Assembly (NCBI GenBank): GCA_963827275.1
Contig: CAWHAA010000010.1
Location: forward strand, 192,001-256,000
DNA from: an uncultured Spirochaetota bacterium
GTDB lineage: Bacteria; Spirochaetota; UBA4802; UBA5550
Reading direction: 5' to 3'
DNA length: 64,000 nt
Part shown: piece by piece, positions 28,970-39,977 of the stretch
Layout of the letters: each line of letters opens with the position of its first letter
How positions within the stretch are numbered: position 1 is the first letter of the stretch
Translations under genes and position numbers: made by a program
Notes under the pieces: generated by a model
Database searches by the model: none
The model's input: the letters and a program-made list of their open reading frames with translations, nothing else
Told to the model about the DNA's origin: nothing

Positions 28970-30670
28970 TCACGGATTACACCGTGAGCTCGCTGCATTT
29001 TTGACGGTCGATCTTCCCGCTCGCTTTCTTTGGCAGCGCCCTCGCGAACACGAGCATTCCGCATGACTAGGCCGGTAGCACGAACCGAACAGATTTTGAA
29101 GGGGAACTCTCAGATCATTCTGAGAGCTCCCTGCATTTTTGACACGGTCGATCTTCCCGCTCGCTTTCTTTGGCAGCGCCCTCGCGAACACTACCCCGTC
29201 GGGTACTTTGAACTTCGGCAGCTTCGACGCGCAGTAGCCGAGCACGCTGTCCCCGGTGCACGAGCTTTCGATGGGCACCGCCACAGCGACAAGCTTGTTG
29301 CCCTTCAGCTCGTCCGGCTTCCCGATCACGGCGACCTCAACGATCAGGCCGCTTTCCATGATCGCGTCCTCGATCTCCTGGGGATTGATGCGGTGGCCGC
29401 TCACTTTCAGGAGATTATCCTTCCTGCCCACAAGGTACAGGTATCCTTCCTCGTCCATGTACGCCAGGTCACCGGTGTGGTACCCGTTTTCATCAAGCAC
29501 CCGCGCGGTCGTTTCAGGGTCCTTCCAGTATCCCCGCATGATGTTCGGGCCCGAGGCCGTCAGCTCCCCAGTCTGTCCCGGCGGCACCTCGTTCCCGCTT
29601 TCATCCAGCACCTTCAGCGTCACGCCGGGGATCGCCTTCCCTATCGAATCGACTTTCCGTTCGAACTCCGACGGCTCGAGATAGCTCAGGCGCGCCGACG
29701 CCTCTGTTGCACCGTACATTATAAAAATATCGGTATGGTCAGGAAGCGCGCGGCGCAGGTCCTGCTTGATCTGCCTCGACATGTGGCCTCCCGCCTGCGA
29801 GCAGTACCTGAGCGAGACAAGCTTCTCCCTGCTCGCGGCCAGCGGCGACCGGTGCAGGAGATACGCGAAGGTTGAGGGCACGCCGGACATCCCGGTCACC
29901 TGCTCGTCGATCATCTGCTTCACCACCGCGCCGGTATAGGCGAACTTGTTGTTGATGACGATCGAGCCGCCGGCGGCGAAATGCGTATTGAGCAGCGACT
30001 TGCCCATGACGTAGAAGAAAGGCAGGACCACCATCTGCCGGTCATCGGGCGTCAATCTAAGATACGAGCATATAGACCCGGTGTTGTTCACTATGTTGAA
30101 GTGCGAAAGCATCGCGCCCTTGGGGGTCCCCGTCGATCCGGACGTGTAAATAAGGCAGGCCAGGTCTCCGGGATCGACCGCATGGCCGGGATTTGAAGGA
30201 TCGCCGGCTTCGAACAGCTCTTCGAGCTTGATCACCGGAAACGGCACACCGTCCCCGGCCGATTTCGGCCGCGAGAGTATCAGGGCCTTCAGTGGAAACA
30301 ACGAAACGGGCGTATCCGCAAGTATGCCCTCGAACCGTTCGGACGATATGACTATCGCCGGCTCAATCTCGCTCAGCAGCAACGCCAGCTTGTCCGGCTT
30401 GATGTCCGTGCCGAGCGACACGAACACCGCGCCCGTTTTAAGAACGCCGTAATAGCTCGTTACGTACTCAAGGCCGTTCTGGAGCAGTATGACGACGCGG
30501 TCCCCGCGCGAGACGCCCATGCCGGTCAGGGCCCGCGCCAGCCGGTTAGCCTTTGAATTTATCTCTGAATAGGTGGCGCGGGTCTGCTCGTGTATCAGGG
30601 CAATTTTACCGGGGAAACGTTCAGCGCTGTTCTCGAGGAAGTGATGGATGAGGGCCGGCGGCTGTTGCAT
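28970..30670 (-). CDS. Adenylate-forming (AMP-binding) acyl ligase; 3' end frameshifted as assembled
   Basis: YTSGSTGTPKG, MYGATE, YHTGD, LPKKASGKIDR; the likely natural stop (29115-29117) is out of frame by 2 nt. Confidence 0.9.
   Translation of the reverse strand: MQQPPALIHHFLENSAERFPGKIALIHEQTRATYSEINSKANRLARALTGMGVSRGDRVVILLQNGLEYVTSYYGVLKTGAVFVSLGTDIKPDKLALLLSEIEPAIVISSERFEGILADTPVSLFPLKALILSRPKSAGDGVPFPVIKLEELFEAGDPSNPGHAVDPGDLACLIYTSGSTGTPKGAMLSHFNIVNNTGSICSYLRLTPDDRQMVVLPFFYVMGKSLLNTHFAAGGSIVINNKFAYTGAVVKQMIDEQVTGMSGVPSTFAYLLHRSPLAASREKLVSLRYCSQAGGHMSRQIKQDLRRALPDHTDIFIMYGATEASARLSYLEPSEFERKVDSIGKAIPGVTLKVLDESGNEVPPGQTGELTASGPNIMRGYWKDPETTARVLDENGYHTGDLAYMDEEGYLYLVGRKDNLLKVSGHRINPQEIEDAIMESGLIVEVAVIGKPDELKGNKLVAVAVPIESSCTGDSVLGYCASKLPKFKVPDGVVFARALPKKASGKIDRVKNAGSSQNDLRVPLQNLFGSCYRPSHAECSCSRGRCQRKRAGRSTVKNAASSRCNP
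28986..29191. repeat. 66/68-bp direct repeat of the ligase 3' end
   Basis: 28986-29051 and 29124-29191 are identical except one substitution and a 2-nt indel. Confidence 0.95.
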
Positions 30671-31669
30671 TTATTTCACGTCAATTCCCAGCCTCTCGGC
30701 GCCGTACCGGACCATTTTCATGTCTTCAGGCTGATTGGTCTTCTCAATCCCCTCTTCCCGCTCCATGGAGCCGGAACGGACGATGCCGGCAATCTCCCAC
30801 GCGTAGGGGTGGAAGCCGAATTTCTCCCGGTGTATATGGTTCGCGAGCGCGTTCAGCGTGCAGTTCGACGAATTCGGGTCGGTATCGAGAGGGGTCACCC
30901 AGCCGAGCGATTGTATGAACCTGACGATCTCATTTTCATTATACGGCATGAACGCCAGCGGGTGTATGTTGATGGGCCAGCGGTCCGCCGGGTATTTCAT
31001 GTCCTCATCGGACAGGAAGAACGGCGTGAGCTCGTCCGGAAAGCGCTTGAAGAGCAGGTCGCGCACGGTCTTGTTGGTGATAGCCTGCATGCGCGCGCTT
31101 GTCTGCATGATGGCCGAGGTGATGGGCGCCTGGCCGGGGGACCAGCCGTACGCGGCAAGGGGTATTCGCATCTGGAGCGCGGTCTTGAGCACCAGCGATT
31201 TGACATGGCCGATGCAGGTGGTGCAGATCGAGCTCGCGCGGTCGAGGGTCTTGGGGCTGTAGAAGTCCTCGCGCGCCGCTACCGCAAAGACACGCTTCAT
31301 GAGCTCGAACGGCGGCCGGACGAACAAGCTCGTGGCCCCGCATAGGTCCGTCATGTGGACGATGTTCTCTGCGGCCCGTGGCGAGATGAAGCCGTTATCG
31401 AAGGTGAGCGCCAGTATCCGCATGCTGTACTGCTTTGCCAGGATATGCAGGGTATAGGTGGAGTCCTTTCCGCCGCTATAGGCCATGATGACATCATAGT
31501 CATACTTGCCCCTGACGCCGTCCAGAAGATCCTCGAACTTCTTCGTATATTCATTTTTCTTTTCATCGTCCGGCAGATGCCCGCCCGAGCAATAGTTGCA
31601 GACATGCGCATCATCGAATTGTATGCCCGGAAACGTGTCCGGTAAAACGCAGCGGGAGCAGAAGTTCAT
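30671..31669 (-). CDS. PP-loop ATP pyrophosphatase, N-acetyl-sugar amidotransferase-like
   Basis: CSRCVLP..CNYC, YSGGKDS, CTTC, VRSGSMEREE. Confidence 0.75.
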   Translation of the reverse strand: MNFCSRCVLPDTFPGIQFDDAHVCNYCSGGHLPDDEKKNEYTKKFEDLLDGVRGKYDYDVIMAYSGGKDSTYTLHILAKQYSMRILALTFDNGFISPRAAENIVHMTDLCGATSLFVRPPFELMKRVFAVAAREDFYSPKTLDRASSICTTCIGHVKSLVLKTALQMRIPLAAYGWSPGQAPITSAIMQTSARMQAITNKTVRDLLFKRFPDELTPFFLSDEDMKYPADRWPINIHPLAFMPYNENEIVRFIQSLGWVTPLDTDPNSSNCTLNALANHIHREKFGFHPYAWEIAGIVRSGSMEREEGIEKTNQPEDMKMVRYGAERLGIDVK

Positions 31670-32001
31670 TGGATTGGCCCTTGCAATAGATGTACCCCAT
31701 ACCTTCGCATGGCCATTACACGATCAGCCGCCCGGAACAGGGTTTTATTTTATATCATGAATATATGCCCCCCTCTCTGTATTGTCAATATTCTTTTCAT
31801 AATCATTTTTAATACTGACATTAATTATTGGTTGGATATTTGTTACCGGCATATCTTCAATATTATAAATTACAAAAAATGATTTATGGGCATATCCATT
31901 ATAGCAGACCTGCTTGACAAATAGCAACATTTTCAATAAAATGCTATTAAAATCCTATAAACCTAATCTGAACTTAATGAACGGCCCAGGGTCCACTATC
32001 A

Positions 32002-33144
32002 ATGACAATAATAAAGCAGGCATCACTTCAAGATAAAAATGCCATATGGGAATTCCTTAAAACCGCATATGAACATGAAGAGCACGGGTTTTCAAAATTA
32101 AAATATCCCGAACGATGGATATGGCAGTTTCAGAAAAACCCCTGCCTCCGCCACGGACCGGAAAACAAATTGCCAATATGGATTGCGGTAAAAGACGGAA
32201 AAATTGCCGGACAGGTATGCAGCACCCCGTGCGAATTGGTAATGGGCGATAAAAAATTCGACGCGACATGGCCTACCGACGGTATAACTCTCGCGACATG
32301 CAGGGGTGAAGGCATATCATCCCGTCTCCAGAATACGATTTTCGAGAATTATCCGGTAGCGTTGGCAATCAGCATGGCCCCGATCTCCCGCAAAATATGG
32401 GACAAGGCTGGCGGCATAGAAATTGATCCCCTCTATAACTTCTACTACCCGGTTTCAGCTGACAGCCATGCACTGTATCGTTATTTAAAAAAAAGGACGC
32501 GCAACAGGCCCCGATTGCACAGGCTCATCATGCTTGCCTGCAACTATTTTTACTTTCATGGCGTACTGAGCGCAGGCGGCACCATCGCCATAATAATCAG
32601 GGACCTGATAAAAAAACGGCCGAAATCAAAGCCGCAAACAACCATTAATGAAATCAATGGGTTCGATCATTCAATAGATGAGTTATTACACAAAACGCGC
32701 TACGACTATACCGCCACAGTCGGCAGGAATTCCAGGTATCTTAACTGGCGATTTTTCGAGAACACCCAGATGGATTATCATGCTTTCATAGCGAAAACCG
32801 GCAACGATACAAGAGGGTACATGGTCCTCAGGAAGCCGCATCCATTGGAAATCGGTATCGGCGTTATTGCCGACTTTTATACCACGAAGAAGGATATCGA
32901 AACATTTAAAGAATTGATACGCCATGCCATCGGTTATTTTGGGAAATCAGTAACCAGCATTAAATGCTGCTCATCCGTTGAAGAATACAAAAATATATTT
33001 AAAAAATTAGGATTTATCGAATTGTCGCATTACCAGCCGCTGGTTATCTGCTCTCCCGCCATGCGGGAAGAATTAAAAGGCAAAACACGCGGCTGGTTTT
33101 TAACCGCGATGGACCATGATGTTGACCAGATAATTCCTTATTAA
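32002..33144 (+). CDS. GNAT-family acyltransferase
   Basis: WIWQF..NP, CRGEGI acyl-CoA motif, RNSRYLNWRF. Confidence 0.75.
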   Translation: MTIIKQASLQDKNAIWEFLKTAYEHEEHGFSKLKYPERWIWQFQKNPCLRHGPENKLPIWIAVKDGKIAGQVCSTPCELVMGDKKFDATWPTDGITLATCRGEGISSRLQNTIFENYPVALAISMAPISRKIWDKAGGIEIDPLYNFYYPVSADSHALYRYLKKRTRNRPRLHRLIMLACNYFYFHGVLSAGGTIAIIIRDLIKKRPKSKPQTTINEINGFDHSIDELLHKTRYDYTATVGRNSRYLNWRFFENTQMDYHAFIAKTGNDTRGYMVLRKPHPLEIGIGVIADFYTTKKDIETFKELIRHAIGYFGKSVTSIKCCSSVEEYKNIFKKLGFIELSHYQPLVICSPAMREELKGKTRGWFLTAMDHDVDQIIPY

Positions 33145-33197
33145 TATTCGGCGGCATGCGGCACATTACATAACTACAGGGACAAGGGATTACGAAC

Positions 33198-34058
33198 ATG
33201 AACACCAGGATACCTGCGCAACTTATGTTCTCATTTATTATTGCGATATTTATTCCAACAGGATGCGGAGATACTGCCATGAAGCCCTCTTCTTTTCAAT
33301 TGCTGACAGCATCAATCCAGGAAAAGGAATGGAAAGCCCTCTCGGGGAAAAAAATATATTTCGGGCATCAATCCGTCGGGTACGACATCATTGCCGGCAT
33401 TAAAGACATCATGGATAAAAACCGGAAAGTCAGCCTGAACATAAAGGAGACGGTTGATATGACGGGTTGTACAAACGGGGTTTTCGCCCATTCCCCGAAC
33501 GGCGAGAATGGGGATCTCAGGTCAAAAATCGACGCGTTTGTAAAAACGATGGAAGGCGGCATGGGACAACAGGCCGACATCGCTTTTTTTAAATTCTGCT
33601 TTGTTGATTTTAATGAAACTACCGGCATCAAAGAGCTCTTCAATTACTATCGGTCGGCCATGAAGGGCCTCAAGAAAAAATATCCGAACATAACCATTCT
33701 GCACGCCACGGTGCCCCTCACGACGGAGGGCGAACTCCTTGGCGTCAAAGACAAAGCCAAAGACCTGATAAAAATAATTCTGGGCAGGACAACCGGTGCC
33801 GAAAAGAACGCGATGGCCAACATCAAGAGAAACGAATATAATGCCGCCCTTATTAAAGAATATGGCAGGGCGTCAATTATTGATATTGCGCTCTATGAGT
33901 CCACGGGCCCGGACGGGAAACTATATACGGGGAACAATGCGGGGTCGGAACATGCATCGCTGGTACCGGCATATACCTATGACGGCGGACACCTCAATGA
34001 AACGGGGAAAAGGATCATCGCAGATAAATTCCTCGCGCAATTGGTGCGCATGCGGTAA
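33198..34058 (+). CDS. SGNH-like lipoprotein
   Basis: Lipobox PTGC; IYFGHQSVG, FKFCFVD, DGGHLN. Confidence 0.7.
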   Translation: MNTRIPAQLMFSFIIAIFIPTGCGDTAMKPSSFQLLTASIQEKEWKALSGKKIYFGHQSVGYDIIAGIKDIMDKNRKVSLNIKETVDMTGCTNGVFAHSPNGENGDLRSKIDAFVKTMEGGMGQQADIAFFKFCFVDFNETTGIKELFNYYRSAMKGLKKKYPNITILHATVPLTTEGELLGVKDKAKDLIKIILGRTTGAEKNAMANIKRNEYNAALIKEYGRASIIDIALYESTGPDGKLYTGNNAGSEHASLVPAYTYDGGHLNETGKRIIADKFLAQLVRMR

Positions 34059-34114
34059 TGCCTCCGGAAGACCGGCGTTGATCCGGGTACTGCCTGGTTC
34101 CGGGGCTATTGAAT

Positions 34115-34378
34115 TTACGAGGTAACGGGAACTTTTTTCTTCGTTAAAAAGGCAAGGATATTATTTATCGAGTCGAGGTTCTCCGGGACTATCTCCTCGT
34201 CTTCAATCTTGATCGAAAACTGTTCCTCAAGGAATAAAACCAGCTCAAGGATCCCGGTAGAATCAACAATGCCGCTTTCAAGAAGGGACGTTTCAGGCAC
34301 AAGAACCGCACTGGCGTTTCTTCCGGTAATAAAATTTTCCTTGATATAATGTTCTATCATTTCCCTGGTATTCTGCAT
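34115..34378 (-). CDS. Acyl carrier protein
   Basis: GIVDSTGILELV phosphopantetheine Ser; PENLDSI. Confidence 0.93.
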   Translation of the reverse strand: MQNTREMIEHYIKENFITGRNASAVLVPETSLLESGIVDSTGILELVLFLEEQFSIKIEDEEIVPENLDSINNILAFLTKKKVPVTS

Positions 34379-34750
34379 TACGTTACTCTCTCAAGTTATA
34401 TTGTTTTATCTGCCTGGGCCTGACATTAGCTGGCACAACACATTCGTATAGGCCATTGGTACAACATCGAGTTCTTTTTTGAATTGTATATATACATTAA
34501 TATTATACGTCAAGCCAATTTCCTTTTAGCATATTCAACCCTGGCAATTAATAGATGGCAGACAAGTCACATGCACGGACACACACGATCCAAACCGGCC
34601 ATACAGTACGCTATGCTCAACAAACCTGTTGTCTGGCCCCCTCCCCTTTTTAAATTGCCTGAAAAAATTCAGGCAATTGACATAAAACATATATTTAATA
34701 CTGTACAAAAATGATTTCTTAAAATAGTATAATTCGCAGGAAATTATAAG

Positions 34751-35728
34751 ATGGGACACGCGAAAAAATTTAATATTGATATTCTAAAAATCGACCCGGA
34801 AGTTGAAACAAAACGGGTTGCTGATTTTGTCGCAGACCAGACCAGAAACGTCTTCCGCAGAAACGGCGTGGTGGTGGGCCTGAGCGGCGGCATTGATTCC
34901 GCCGTCATGGCTGCAATAGCGGTGCGCGCCGTCGGGAGGGAAAATGTCGCAGGCCTCATCCTTCCGGAAAAGGAATCCAACCCGGTCAGCAGCTCGTTCG
35001 CCGCAAAGCACGCGAAGGAGCTCGGCATCGAGTTCCGCGAGGTGGACATAACCCCCACCGTCGACAGTGTCGGCGGCTATAGCGCACGGGACGAATATAT
35101 CAAGACCCTGGTGCCGGAATATGAGCCGGGCTATAAGTACAATATCAGCCTGCCGGCCGACCTGCTGGAGCGCGACTCCTTCAATTTTTACGTGCTCCAG
35201 GTCCAGCTGCCTGACGGGTCCCTCAAAAAGAAGCGGCTCGGGATCGACGCCTTCCGCGCGATCACCTCCTTCGCGAATATCAAGATCCGTTCGCGCATGC
35301 TGCATCTCTATTATGAGGCTGAGCACAGCAACATGATTGTTGCCGGCACCACTAACCGCACCGAAATGGTCCTGGGCGATTTCTGCAAGTACGGTGACGG
35401 CGGCACCGACATTGAGGCCATCGCGTACCTGTACAAGAACCAGATATACCAGATCGCCGACTACGTTAACGTCATTCCTGAGATCATCAAGCGTTCCCCG
35501 AGCCCGGACACGTTCAGCCTGCCGGTCACTGACCAGGAATTTTTCTTCCGGATACCATTCGAAAAGCTCGACCACCTCCTCTACGCGTGGGAGAACAAGG
35601 TGCCCGAAGATGAAGTTGCGAAAGTGCTCGGCCTGCCCGTCGAAGCGGTTCAGAGATCATTCAAGGACTTTACCGCAAAAAACCGCGCCACTGCGCACCT
35701 GAGAGAGATGCCGCACGCGTTGTGGTAA
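34751..35728 (+). CDS. nadE: NadE-family ATP-dependent amide synthetase
   Basis: VVGLSGGIDS, ANIKIRSRM, GTTNRTE, KYGDG; context suggests it may not be the housekeeping NAD synthetase. Confidence 0.75.
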   Translation: MGHAKKFNIDILKIDPEVETKRVADFVADQTRNVFRRNGVVVGLSGGIDSAVMAAIAVRAVGRENVAGLILPEKESNPVSSSFAAKHAKELGIEFREVDITPTVDSVGGYSARDEYIKTLVPEYEPGYKYNISLPADLLERDSFNFYVLQVQLPDGSLKKKRLGIDAFRAITSFANIKIRSRMLHLYYEAEHSNMIVAGTTNRTEMVLGDFCKYGDGGTDIEAIAYLYKNQIYQIADYVNVIPEIIKRSPSPDTFSLPVTDQEFFFRIPFEKLDHLLYAWENKVPEDEVAKVLGLPVEAVQRSFKDFTAKNRATAHLREMPHALW

Positions 35729-36119
35729 TTTTCTCAAAATATGACATATCACTCCATTAATGTTCATTTTTTATAACATATTCTCAATCCATTCAATTGC
35801 ATACAATGAGTTACCTTAAACGCTGATTTATTGCCCTGAATAGTTTACGTTGTAATAACCCATTGACTGTGATGGCTCCTGTGATTATAGTAGTATGTTA
35901 CAATATTGATTTTCATCAGTATATAACAAATGCTGCGTCTTCTATATTATATACCCGCCAAATTATTCTTGAATTATGTTTTGAGTGTTTCTATCATGGC
36001 AAAATATATACAATCAATAACATGTAATCGGAAAAGTCAGCAATTCATTGGGTAACCATACATAAATAGCCGCTTACATGTTATTGCGCAGTTGTTGGGT
36101 TCACACGGGGGGATCAATT

Positions 36120-37742
36120 ATGAACAGACGTACTATCGCATTAATTTTTATTTTGACAGCCTTTGTTGTATCATCATGCAATCCTGTCGGCCTTACAAGC
36201 CGCAATGACCAGAAACTGATGGTCCTCATCAGGGCGCTTCTTGCGGACGTCTCGGGAGCCCCGGTTGCCCCGAGCAATCTTACCGCGACCCCGGCATCCA
36301 GCTCACAGATAAATCTTTCATGGACCGATAATTCCACTAATGAAACCGGATTTATCATCCAACAGAGCCAGAATAACATCGACTTCACTCAAATTGCAGC
36401 AGTCTCTTCTAACGTAACGACCTACAATAACAGCGGCCTGGCACCCAGCACTACGTATTATTATCGCGTCCTGGCCTCCAACGGGTTCTTCAATTCAGAA
36501 TATTCGGAAGACTCCGCGACAACCGATGATCCGCCCGCATCTGCTCCAAACGACCCGAGCAATCTTACGGCTACCCCGGTATCCAGCTCGCAGATAAATC
36601 TTTCATGGACCGACAATTCGTCTGACGAGACCGGGTTCAAAATTCAACGCAGTGCAAATAATATTGACTTTGTTCAAATTGATACCGTCCTGGCAAATAT
36701 AACAACATATAACAATACCGGTCTATCCCCGAGTACCCCGTATTACTATCGCGTATATGCTTATAACGCTATAGACGATTCTACCGGGTATTGCGCGGCC
36801 AGCGCCACGACGTTGTCCACAACACAGATCATCGCTGACCACAGCATAGTTGACGATTATGACAACATACCGGCATTTTACATGGCTGAAGTAAAAAAAA
36901 TGATGGTCCACTTCCCCGGCGAATCGCATTCATCGGGCTATCGGAGGGGGATGGAGCTGCTCGAAGCCCAGAACGCCAGCTACGCCTGCAACGTATCAAC
37001 CGGCGAAGCGTATACAGACCAATACGTCCGGGTCAACGACTGGGGCTGTGGGGAAGCGACATGGTACACCTGGTATGCCTATGACGCCCATAACGGTGGA
37101 AATGTCGGCATCATTAAAGATCTTATTGATGAATACAACTCGCACGGGCACCCCATGCATGCCATAGGCTTCGGATGGTGCTGGGACACGACCTGGACGA
37201 ATGAACCAACCACAACGAAAGACCCGGTGTACGGGTGCGGATGGGCCGGTTCATCAGACGGCGGTCCGGACGGCAACCTCCCCTGGGGCCTGGATGCCGG
37301 CGATTTCTCCATTACCAACAACCGGGTCTCCATGGATACCTACCTCGGGGCCACTGAAGATTACCGGCTCTACTGTATCAGCCAGTCATATCCGACCAGG
37401 GTCATCTTCACAACCAGCCCGGCTGATGTGGGGGATGGGGCTGACAGTGAAAACGCATACCAGCGGTACCTCAAGCATGAGCATATACGCAATTATGTGG
37501 CGGCAAACTCGGCCCGCATCCTTTTTGACTACAGCGACATTCTCTGCCATAACGATGCCGGGGTAGAATATACGAAATCATGGAGCGGACACACCTATCC
37601 CGAAATTCATCCCGACAACATGCTTGACCTCGACGGGTTCTACGAAGAGGACGGGGACCACATAGGCGAGCGCGGCGCCGTGCGTTTAGCCAAAGCGCAA
37701 TGGTGGCTGCTGGCGCGTATAGCGGGATGGGACGGGCTTTAG
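36120..37742 (+). CDS. Lipoprotein: 2 FN3 + SGNH-like domain
   Basis: Lipobox VSSC; two PSNLTATP..WTDNS repeats; FPGESHS, DGDH, WWLLARIAGWDG. Confidence 0.7.
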   Translation: MNRRTIALIFILTAFVVSSCNPVGLTSRNDQKLMVLIRALLADVSGAPVAPSNLTATPASSSQINLSWTDNSTNETGFIIQQSQNNIDFTQIAAVSSNVTTYNNSGLAPSTTYYYRVLASNGFFNSEYSEDSATTDDPPASAPNDPSNLTATPVSSSQINLSWTDNSSDETGFKIQRSANNIDFVQIDTVLANITTYNNTGLSPSTPYYYRVYAYNAIDDSTGYCAASATTLSTTQIIADHSIVDDYDNIPAFYMAEVKKMMVHFPGESHSSGYRRGMELLEAQNASYACNVSTGEAYTDQYVRVNDWGCGEATWYTWYAYDAHNGGNVGIIKDLIDEYNSHGHPMHAIGFGWCWDTTWTNEPTTTKDPVYGCGWAGSSDGGPDGNLPWGLDAGDFSITNNRVSMDTYLGATEDYRLYCISQSYPTRVIFTTSPADVGDGADSENAYQRYLKHEHIRNYVAANSARILFDYSDILCHNDAGVEYTKSWSGHTYPEIHPDNMLDLDGFYEEDGDHIGERGAVRLAKAQWWLLARIAGWDGL

Positions 37743-38024
37743 TTTCATATCAGCATTCGATACTATCCCTTAACCGGATTATTTAAAATAGCGCGGTCAA
37801 ATGGCTGTCGTAATCACCTGGTTTTTCTGGTATGGCCCCGGAGTGTTAATTCAATCCTTTTAAAATAATTCCATATGCAAAACCAATACAATGTGCATGT
37901 TCGCACATGATGGATATTCATACTATTAACCATTTACAAATCCGCATTTACAATTTTTTTATTTGCATTCACCGGCCTGTTGAATAAATTGTTTTCAGCT
38001 GCCTGCGGGAAAGGAGTATAAAAG

Positions 38025-38948
38025 ATGCTCAGCATTATTATCGTCAACTACAAGACATCAAAAGATATCAGTACATGTTTAGAATCAATCGTCCGGCATG
38101 AGAACCGATACAGGGAATACGAAATTATCATTGTCGATAATAACTCAAATGATCCCGGACTTGAAGCACTGGGGAGCAGGTTTTCCTTTATAAAGATCAT
38201 CAATGCCCCGAAAAACGGCGGTTTCGCGTACGGTAATAACATTGGCATAAAACATGCTGCCGGCGACTGCATTCTCCTGCTGAATCCCGACACCTATCTG
38301 GAAGATAACGGGATTGAGAAATTATATGAAAGGTTAAATAATGATCCGGGCCTTGACATTATCGGCCCCAAGCTCCTTAACGCGGACCATACGAATCAAT
38401 CGATCAGCGCGCCCAAGACATATCTGACCCCGTGGAATTTATTCTGCAGCCAGTTTTATTTAAACATACTGTTTAAAAAATCCAGGACATTCAATTCTTA
38501 TTACCAGACATACATGGATTATGATGCCGAAAGATTCGTGGAGCAGGTGTCCGGGGCTGTTTTCATGTTCAAGCGGAGGATCATTGACACGATAGGGCTG
38601 CTCGATGAAAATTATTTTCTGTATTATGAAGAATCAGATTATTGCCTGCAGGCGGTAAAAAACGGCTTCACCCTGCTCTACTATCCCGGGAGCAGTGTGG
38701 TCCATACCGGCCATACATCGACATCTGACATCAAGGAATGGTCCATCACTATTTTTATCGCTTCATTCAGGTATTACTTTAAGAAAAACTTTAGCCCGGC
38801 CGCGGCCTATATCTCCATTGCGTTATTGTTTATCGGATCATCGGTGAGGTGCATCATATACCTGTTGACCTTCAATAAGAATTATAAACACTATTATTGC
38901 CTGATAAAAAATATTATTACCGCCATGTTGCCTAAAAATATTGGATAA
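38025..38948 (+). CDS. GT2 glycosyltransferase
   Basis: SIIIVNY, IIVDNNS, GFAYGNN, LLLNPD, LDENYFLYYEESD. Confidence 0.93.
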   Translation: MLSIIIVNYKTSKDISTCLESIVRHENRYREYEIIIVDNNSNDPGLEALGSRFSFIKIINAPKNGGFAYGNNIGIKHAAGDCILLLNPDTYLEDNGIEKLYERLNNDPGLDIIGPKLLNADHTNQSISAPKTYLTPWNLFCSQFYLNILFKKSRTFNSYYQTYMDYDAERFVEQVSGAVFMFKRRIIDTIGLLDENYFLYYEESDYCLQAVKNGFTLLYYPGSSVVHTGHTSTSDIKEWSITIFIASFRYYFKKNFSPAAAYISIALLFIGSSVRCIIYLLTFNKNYKHYYCLIKNIITAMLPKNIG

Positions 38949-39279
38949 TCCGGAAATGGCGGGCCGGTTTCTTGTGGCGGTCAGGAACAATTAACCTGGC
39001 CCTCTCCCCTTGATGAAAATTAAAAAATACTTGCTTTTTATAACCACCAATATAATTATCTTGTTAATATTTTTCATGTTTGCAAGCAACAACCGCCATT
39101 GAGAATATTCCGGCTGAGTGTATTTCCGATGTGCGAGCATTGTTGTTCGGGTATCACAAAAAACCCGGTTCATCTATAGAGCTTTTTTCTACCCTGCGAA
39201 ACAAACAACGCAGGCATGATGATATACTGTCAGTCTGCCATGCCATCTCACGGTTGGCGCATAACATCTTCTATGGGCG

Positions 39280-39909
39280 ATGAATAACATGAACACACTA
39301 TTCTACTATCTCTTTAAATTTTTCACCAGGGTAAAAATCAGGAATCTAATATTATATCTCGTCAAAAAGTTCGATGGCGGCGAAATCTACTCCGCCACGC
39401 TTCGGAAAATATACAAAGACTTTTATAATATTGACATAGGGATGTATTCAATGGGGACATGGTTCACCGGCTCCATTGATCCCTTTACAACGGTCGGGAG
39501 ATACAGTTCCATTGCCAGGGGCGCGACAATAATAAACCACAATCACCCCGTCGACTATAAATCGACGCACCCGTTTTTTTTCAACCCGGTCTTCAACTAC
39601 ACCGACAGCTGGAAGGTGCAATTCAATAAAAAAACAATCGGCAATGACGTCTGGATCGGGGCCAATGCAATAATAATGCCCGAAGTAGCGGCTATCGGAG
39701 ATGGCGCAATCATCGGGGCCGGCGCCGTTGTCAACAAGGACATCCCCCCCTACGCGATTGTCCTTGGCAATCCGGCGCGCATCATCGGTTACCGGTTTTC
39801 CCCGGAAATAATTGAACAACTCCTGAAATCCAGATGGTGGGAAAAATCAATTGATGAATTGGTGCCGGACATCAGTGAATTCACTCATTCCATGAAAGCC
39901 GGGCTGTGA
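39280..39909 (+). CDS. CatB-related hexapeptide O-acetyltransferase
   Basis: [37 protein letters not shown]. Confidence 0.9.
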   Translation: MNNMNTLFYYLFKFFTRVKIRNLILYLVKKFDGGEIYSATLRKIYKDFYNIDIGMYSMGTWFTGSIDPFTTVGRYSSIARGATIINHNHPVDYKSTHPFFFNPVFNYTDSWKVQFNKKTIGNDVWIGANAIIMPEVAAIGDGAIIGAGAVVNKDIPPYAIVLGNPARIIGYRFSPEIIEQLLKSRWWEKSIDELVPDISEFTHSMKAGL

Positions 39910-39977
39910 TAGAATTCAACCAGGGCAGCGCAATATACCGGAACATGGATAGGCCTGGCCTCATCACGGCAGGATGA

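Noticed and set aside
28986..29191. Diversity-generating retroelement TR/VR pair
   Set aside because: Differences are not adenine-specific and there is no reverse transcriptase in the window
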